Positions 60,901 through 64,000 of a DNA stretch of 64,000 bases are shown here, one piece after another. The position numbers were made by a program, and so were the translations under genes. The notes below the pieces were generated by a model. That model saw only the letters and a list, made by a program, of their open reading frames with translations, was not told where the DNA came from and did not search any database. The stretch lies in NCBI GenBank assembly GCA_964396715.1, contig CAYNFQ010000003.1:565-64564 (forward strand), read 5' to 3'. The stretch's first letter is position 1; each line of letters starts with the position of its first letter. The stretch is from an uncultured Gammaproteobacteria bacterium. Lineage in GTDB: Bacteria > Patescibacteriota > Microgenomatia > Daviesbacterales > UBA10151.

Positions 60901-61259
60901 GTCATTTGGGGAATGTCGCCCAAAAATACTTCCTGCTTACTCCTCTCGCCTGTTTGTTTATTAACCAAAATTGCCTCAATTTTTAAAGGAGCGTCATATG
61001 TGACGCCTTTTTCGTGAGCCTGCTCAGCGCTATATTTTGATTTGCCAAAATAAAAGGACCCCAAGTTAAGGGTCCAGTTTTTTCCTGTAAAATCCTCAAC
61101 AGGAGAAATCTCCTGGAGGACATCTCTAATTCCTTCTTTTAAAAACCAATTATACGAATCAAGCTGCAGTTGAATTAAGTTTAGTTGCGGAGCAGGAGCG
61201 GAAGATTTATTCCAAGATTTTCTAATATTATCAATCTTTGTTGTGCTTTGTACAGACAT
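57909..61259 (-). CDS. rpoB: RNA polymerase beta subunit
   Basis: GDKLAGRHGNKG, GGQRLGEMEVWAL, DDIDHL.NRR; probable start MSVQ at 61259. Confidence 0.99.
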   Translation of the reverse strand: MSVQSTTKIDNIRKSWNKSSAPAPQLNLIQLQLDSYNWFLKEGIRDVLQEISPVEDFTGKNWTLNLGSFYFGKSKYSAEQAHEKGVTYDAPLKIEAILVNKQTGERSKQEVFLGDIPQMTEKGTFIINGVERVIINQLVRSPGVFFSAVDDPITGRRLYSAEIRPYRGSWLEFNVSRTGVLTAKIDRRRKFAATTLLRALGFSDNASIVGLFKDVEEGDGKYIDATLAKDPTANTDEALLEIFRKMRPGDPVVLDNAKALLEGMFFNGRRYNLTKVGRFKINKRLGLDLPNKADNWILTNTDIIATLKYLIKLVNGEGKLDDIDHLANRRVRCAGELVQQNAFRIGVLRLERIIKERMSLTAADQLVTPGGLINAKPVIAAINEFFRSSQLSSILDQVNPLSELDHLRRLSVMGAGGITRDRASFSVRDINHSQYGRIDPIRSPEGQNIGLVTYLALYARIDEYGFLETPYRKVVLERGKPKVLDEVVYLSADDEEEYHITEATVNINEKGYIVDDRVPVRFKGSFYEGDAREIALIDVSPQQIFGTSASLIPFLGNDDANRALMGTQMQCQAVPLLIPHAPIVGTGMERMVADNMGRVVRAPEDGTVKYVDGNKLILKGKRGEYKFEIKKFVHSPQGTCYSQKPVCSVGDRVKRGDLLIDGAATQNGELALGQNLLIAYMSFDGLGYEDAIVISDRLVKEDLLTSIHIEEYEVDVVETKLGLEELTRDIPNVSEDALANLDDRGIVRIGAEVGPNDILVGKVQPKGETELTAEERLLRAIFGEKAKEVRDTSLRIPHGERGTVIGVQILSRDEGDELDTGTLMRIKVKVAQMRKVTEGDKLAGRHGNKGVISKIVPSSDMPHLEDGTPVDIIISPLSVLSRMNLGQLLETHWGFAAERLGYQVAAPVFEKIPEDKLIAELKKSGLPQDGKVKLIDGRSGLPFNNTIVVGKNYILKLIHMVEEKIHARSTGPYSLVTQQPLGGKAQMGGQRLGEMEVWALEAYGAAHILQEMLTIKSDDVVGRAKAFEAIVKGIEIPQALIPESFKVLVKELQALGLSVETLGAKIVQAPEVEEKLEVAQEVAQLEEALEMKPTASAGELESENSPFEVIDTEEAK

Positions 61260-61474
61260 TAGTAGATGGCCTTTGGGACAGTTCCACTTAACACCACTTA
61301 GTGTTAGATCAACAAAATGAAGCATACGTACCCGTACGCCTCCGAAATTAGTTATTTGATTAACCTAAATTTACCATAAAGTATGCAGTATCGTCAAGAG
61401 GGAAAAAAGGCACATATCCCTTGAGAGCATCTTAGAGAAGTGATAGTATCTTAACTAACTGCCTAAGACTTACT

Positions 61475-62167
61475 GTGGCAAAGATAACGAAGATAACCAA
61501 AAAGCCTAATAAGTTTATTTTCCCTATTCTGTTTGAATCAGGTACAAAACAACTCGAATTTCAATCAGGTGCTGTAGAAAGTATGGAAGCAAAAACTGGT
61601 TATTTAATAGCAGGAGAAGGGGTTGTATTAACTATACTCACTACTTTTGCTACACAAGCCAAAGATTTTAAATTCAACCTCTGGATTTATCTAGGTATAA
61701 CATTATTAGGTTCTAGTTTACTCTTTTGTATCATTGTTTTATGGAATAGACATTTGAAAATTGGCATAGGAATAAAAGATTTTTACGAATCATACGTAAC
61801 TAAAACTCAAAACGAGATTCGGTTTAGAGCTCTTAATTTACTTAATTATAATTATGAGGTAAATCAAAAAGTGATAGAGAAGAAATCTGCGTTCTTTCAA
61901 CTTGCGCTTGTTACATTAGCAATTTCCCTATTGTTACTAGTAATAGGCCTTTTAAATCAAGTCTATGTACGATATAATGAGGATATGAAAAATAAACTAA
62001 CTCCAATTAATTCTAATCAGATACAAAATGATGGTCGTCAAAATTCTACGACTAGTGCGAAACCTGCTAGCGAGAGTACAAATTGGCGTTGGTATTCTTC
62101 CAACCAAAGCTTGGGTACTATCTCTGCTGACGTAATCAAGGAAAACGGAAGTTTCATAAAGAAATAG
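61475..62167 (+). CDS. Hypothetical membrane protein
   Basis: Three hydrophobic segments; the polar tail from 61985 may be a fused separate small ORF with its own TATAAT. Confidence 0.6.
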   Translation: MAKITKITKKPNKFIFPILFESGTKQLEFQSGAVESMEAKTGYLIAGEGVVLTILTTFATQAKDFKFNLWIYLGITLLGSSLLFCIIVLWNRHLKIGIGIKDFYESYVTKTQNEIRFRALNLLNYNYEVNQKVIEKKSAFFQLALVTLAISLLLLVIGLLNQVYVRYNEDMKNKLTPINSNQIQNDGRQNSTTSAKPASESTNWRWYSSNQSLGTISADVIKENGSFIKK

Positions 62168-62249
62168 TGCTTCTTAACTTATTCTTCATCCAACCCTATC
62201 TAAAAGTGTATAAAAACATACTGACTTTTACTGATCGAGGTTAATTAAA

Positions 62250-62669
62250 TTAAATAAGTCTAAAGTATTCTCTAGCAAGTTGTTCATCTTCTTTCATCTG
62301 TTCTATCAACTGTTCAGTTAAATCAAACTTTATGTTTCTCCTTATTTTTTTAATTAATTCAACAGAGATCCATTTACCATAAATATTTTCATTAAAATCC
62401 AAGATATAGATTTCTGCGTGAAATTTTTTCTCGTTAAAAGTTTTGGCAGCACCTATAAAAGTTAGGGCTGGATATTTTTTCTTACCTATCTTGGTGCTGG
62501 AGATATAGATACCTTCGGGGATATTCCTGGTTAAATTTATATTGGCAGTTGGAAAACCCAACTTTCTTCCTCTTTTATTATGTTTTCTTACCTTCCCCCA
62601 AATTTTATACTGCCTATCAATTTTTGAAACAACATAGGCTATGGCTGTAAAATGCTTTTTCATTTTCAT
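62250..62669 (-). CDS. Stand-alone riboflavin kinase
   Basis: RGR.LGFPTAN, GIY, E.YILDF...IYG, IR...KF...QL..Q..ED. Confidence 0.9.
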   Translation of the reverse strand: MKMKKHFTAIAYVVSKIDRQYKIWGKVRKHNKRGRKLGFPTANINLTRNIPEGIYISSTKIGKKKYPALTFIGAAKTFNEKKFHAEIYILDFNENIYGKWISVELIKKIRRNIKFDLTEQLIEQMKEDEQLAREYFRLI

Positions 62670-63250
62670 ATAAAATGGTCTGCTAAGTAGAAATCTACAC
62701 CTGCATTTTGAGCAGCTAATTTATCGTTCAAACTGTCTCCCACAAAAAGATATTTCTCTTTATCAATTTGGGGATCATAAATCTTAGTAAATCCTTCAGG
62801 ATCTGGTTTTAATAAATTAACATCATCACGACTGATAATCTTTTTAAATTTATTTAATAATTTATACTCTTTTAAAACTCTTACTATTATCTCACTGGTA
62901 TTTGCAGACCAAATAAAAATCTGGTATTTATCTGTTTTTGATATGAAATCTAAAATCTCTGGGTTAACCTCTACACCTTTATAGTGTCCTTTCTCAAACT
63001 TAAGATTATTTTTATATATTAAATCCCGTGCTTTTTTCCCAAATTTGGAAACATATTCATTTTGTAGGGTATTTAAATCAATTTTGCCCAACATATATTT
63101 TTGATAAATAGACTGATCAAGTTTAATGAGCTCATTTTCTATGTAAACTAGAACTTTTTCCCAAGGAAGCAATAATTTAAAAATAGTTTCATCAAAATCA
63201 AATATAAGGTGTGTTTTAGGGTTTTTCTTAAGATAATCTTTTATGGACAT
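62666..63250 (-). CDS. HAD family hydrolase
   Basis: FDFDETI, KPDP, VGDS.ND..AA..AG. Confidence 0.9.
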   Translation of the reverse strand: MSIKDYLKKNPKTHLIFDFDETIFKLLLPWEKVLVYIENELIKLDQSIYQKYMLGKIDLNTLQNEYVSKFGKKARDLIYKNNLKFEKGHYKGVEVNPEILDFISKTDKYQIFIWSANTSEIIVRVLKEYKLLNKFKKIISRDDVNLLKPDPEGFTKIYDPQIDKEKYLFVGDSLNDKLAAQNAGVDFYLADHFI

Positions 63251-63279
63251 ACTGTGGGATATTCTACCATTAAGAAAAT

Positions 63280-64000
63280 TTATGGATGATTTGCAACGTT
63301 GGCATTGTGTTCATCCAATGTTTTTGCATAATATGAATTGCCTTTTGAATCATGATAGTAATATAAATACGGAGTTAAAGGATCTGCATTTGCCACAGCT
63401 TTGAGGGAGGAAAGCGAAGGATTGGCAATGGGTTTTGGTGGAAAGCCTGAGTGAATATAGGTATTGTACGGAGAATCTATTTTTAAATCCTCATGAGTTA
63501 GCTGTTTTTTCCACCATCCGCCAGCTGGCGGATTTTCATCCTTTTGATAGCCCAGCGCATATTGTACCGTGGCATCGGCATTTAAGGCCATGCCGATTTT
63601 AAACCTTTTTAAAAGTATTGATGCCACCATTTTTCTCACCTCATCTGAGCGAGCCTCCCGCTCCACAATTGATGCTAAAATCACCCCTTCATCTTCACTT
63701 AGCCCCTGATTTTTAATTTTGATTCTTATTTCATCGGAATATTTTTTTTCAAAATTATCCATCATTATTTCTGCAATTTGTTTTGCAGAATATTCTTTAG
63801 GAAAAAGATATGTATCCGGAAATATATATCCCTCTTTTGCAACACTAATAAATTTGTCATTTGGAATTTGGAATTTGGAATTTATCTCCTCTGCCATCTC
63901 CTCCACCCTCCATCCTTCCAAAAGTGTCACCCAAAGGTCAAGGGGTTGCTCTGTCAAAGTTTGTAAAATCTCCCTGCTTGTTTGTGATGGAGAAAGCCTG
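63280..64000 (-). CDS. mltG: Endolytic transglycosylase MltG (5' part beyond window)
   Basis: EG.R.EE, EGY.FPDTY, LASIVERE, DATVQY, SPYNTY...G.PP.PI.NP. Confidence 0.95.
   Translation of the reverse strand, partial: RLSPSQTSREILQTLTEQPLDLWVTLLEGWRVEEMAEEINSKFQIPNDKFISVAKEGYIFPDTYLFPKEYSAKQIAEIMMDNFEKKYSDEIRIKIKNQGLSEDEGVILASIVEREARSDEVRKMVASILLKRFKIGMALNADATVQYALGYQKDENPPAGGWWKKQLTHEDLKIDSPYNTYIHSGFPPKPIANPSLSSLKAVANADPLTPYLYYYHDSKGNSYYAKTLDEHNANVANHP
63516..63533. repeat. Perfect 18-bp palindrome ATCCGCCAGCTGGCGGAT in frame in mltG
   Basis: Encodes NPPAGG between YQKDE and WWKK. Confidence 0.85.

Overview
AT-rich bacterial chromosome segment, standard genetic code (TGA is a stop). It is most consistent with a Patescibacteria/CPR (Microgenomates-like) genome: rpmD/L30 is absent from the spc operon, RNase Y has no membrane anchor, and GreA is a half-size protein. 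The minus strand carries the core superoperon: rpoB-rpoC-rpsL-rpsG-fusA-tuf-rpsJ, the S10/spc/alpha operons and rplM-rpsI. It is repeatedly interrupted by small cargo genes (TA modules, a NYN nuclease, an aspartyl-protease pair, a 1081-aa surface protein). The left part holds miaA, three GT-C glycosyltransferases, hup, rny, recX, recA, and metK with a SAM-I/IV riboswitch. The most striking locus (10488-16653) is a tandem pair of very small large-serine-recombinase (LSR) elements integrated at the 3' end of tRNA-Pro(GGG). In both, the crossover core lies inside the recombinase ORF, so integration or excision swaps the enzyme's C-terminus. Element 2 also carries a second complete 170-bp attP copy in inverted orientation, so its recombinase gene and its cargo are each flanked by perfect inverted repeats; the att arms are dense in hairpins. 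Three other patterns recur across the window. Synonymously diverged duplicates of the 3' ends of rpsI, rpsJ and fusA bracket cargo inserts. Many tiny palindromic and heptamer repeats sit in frame inside housekeeping proteins. Two genes are switched off by short tandem duplications. All calls come from reading the sequence and ORF track; no database searches were run.
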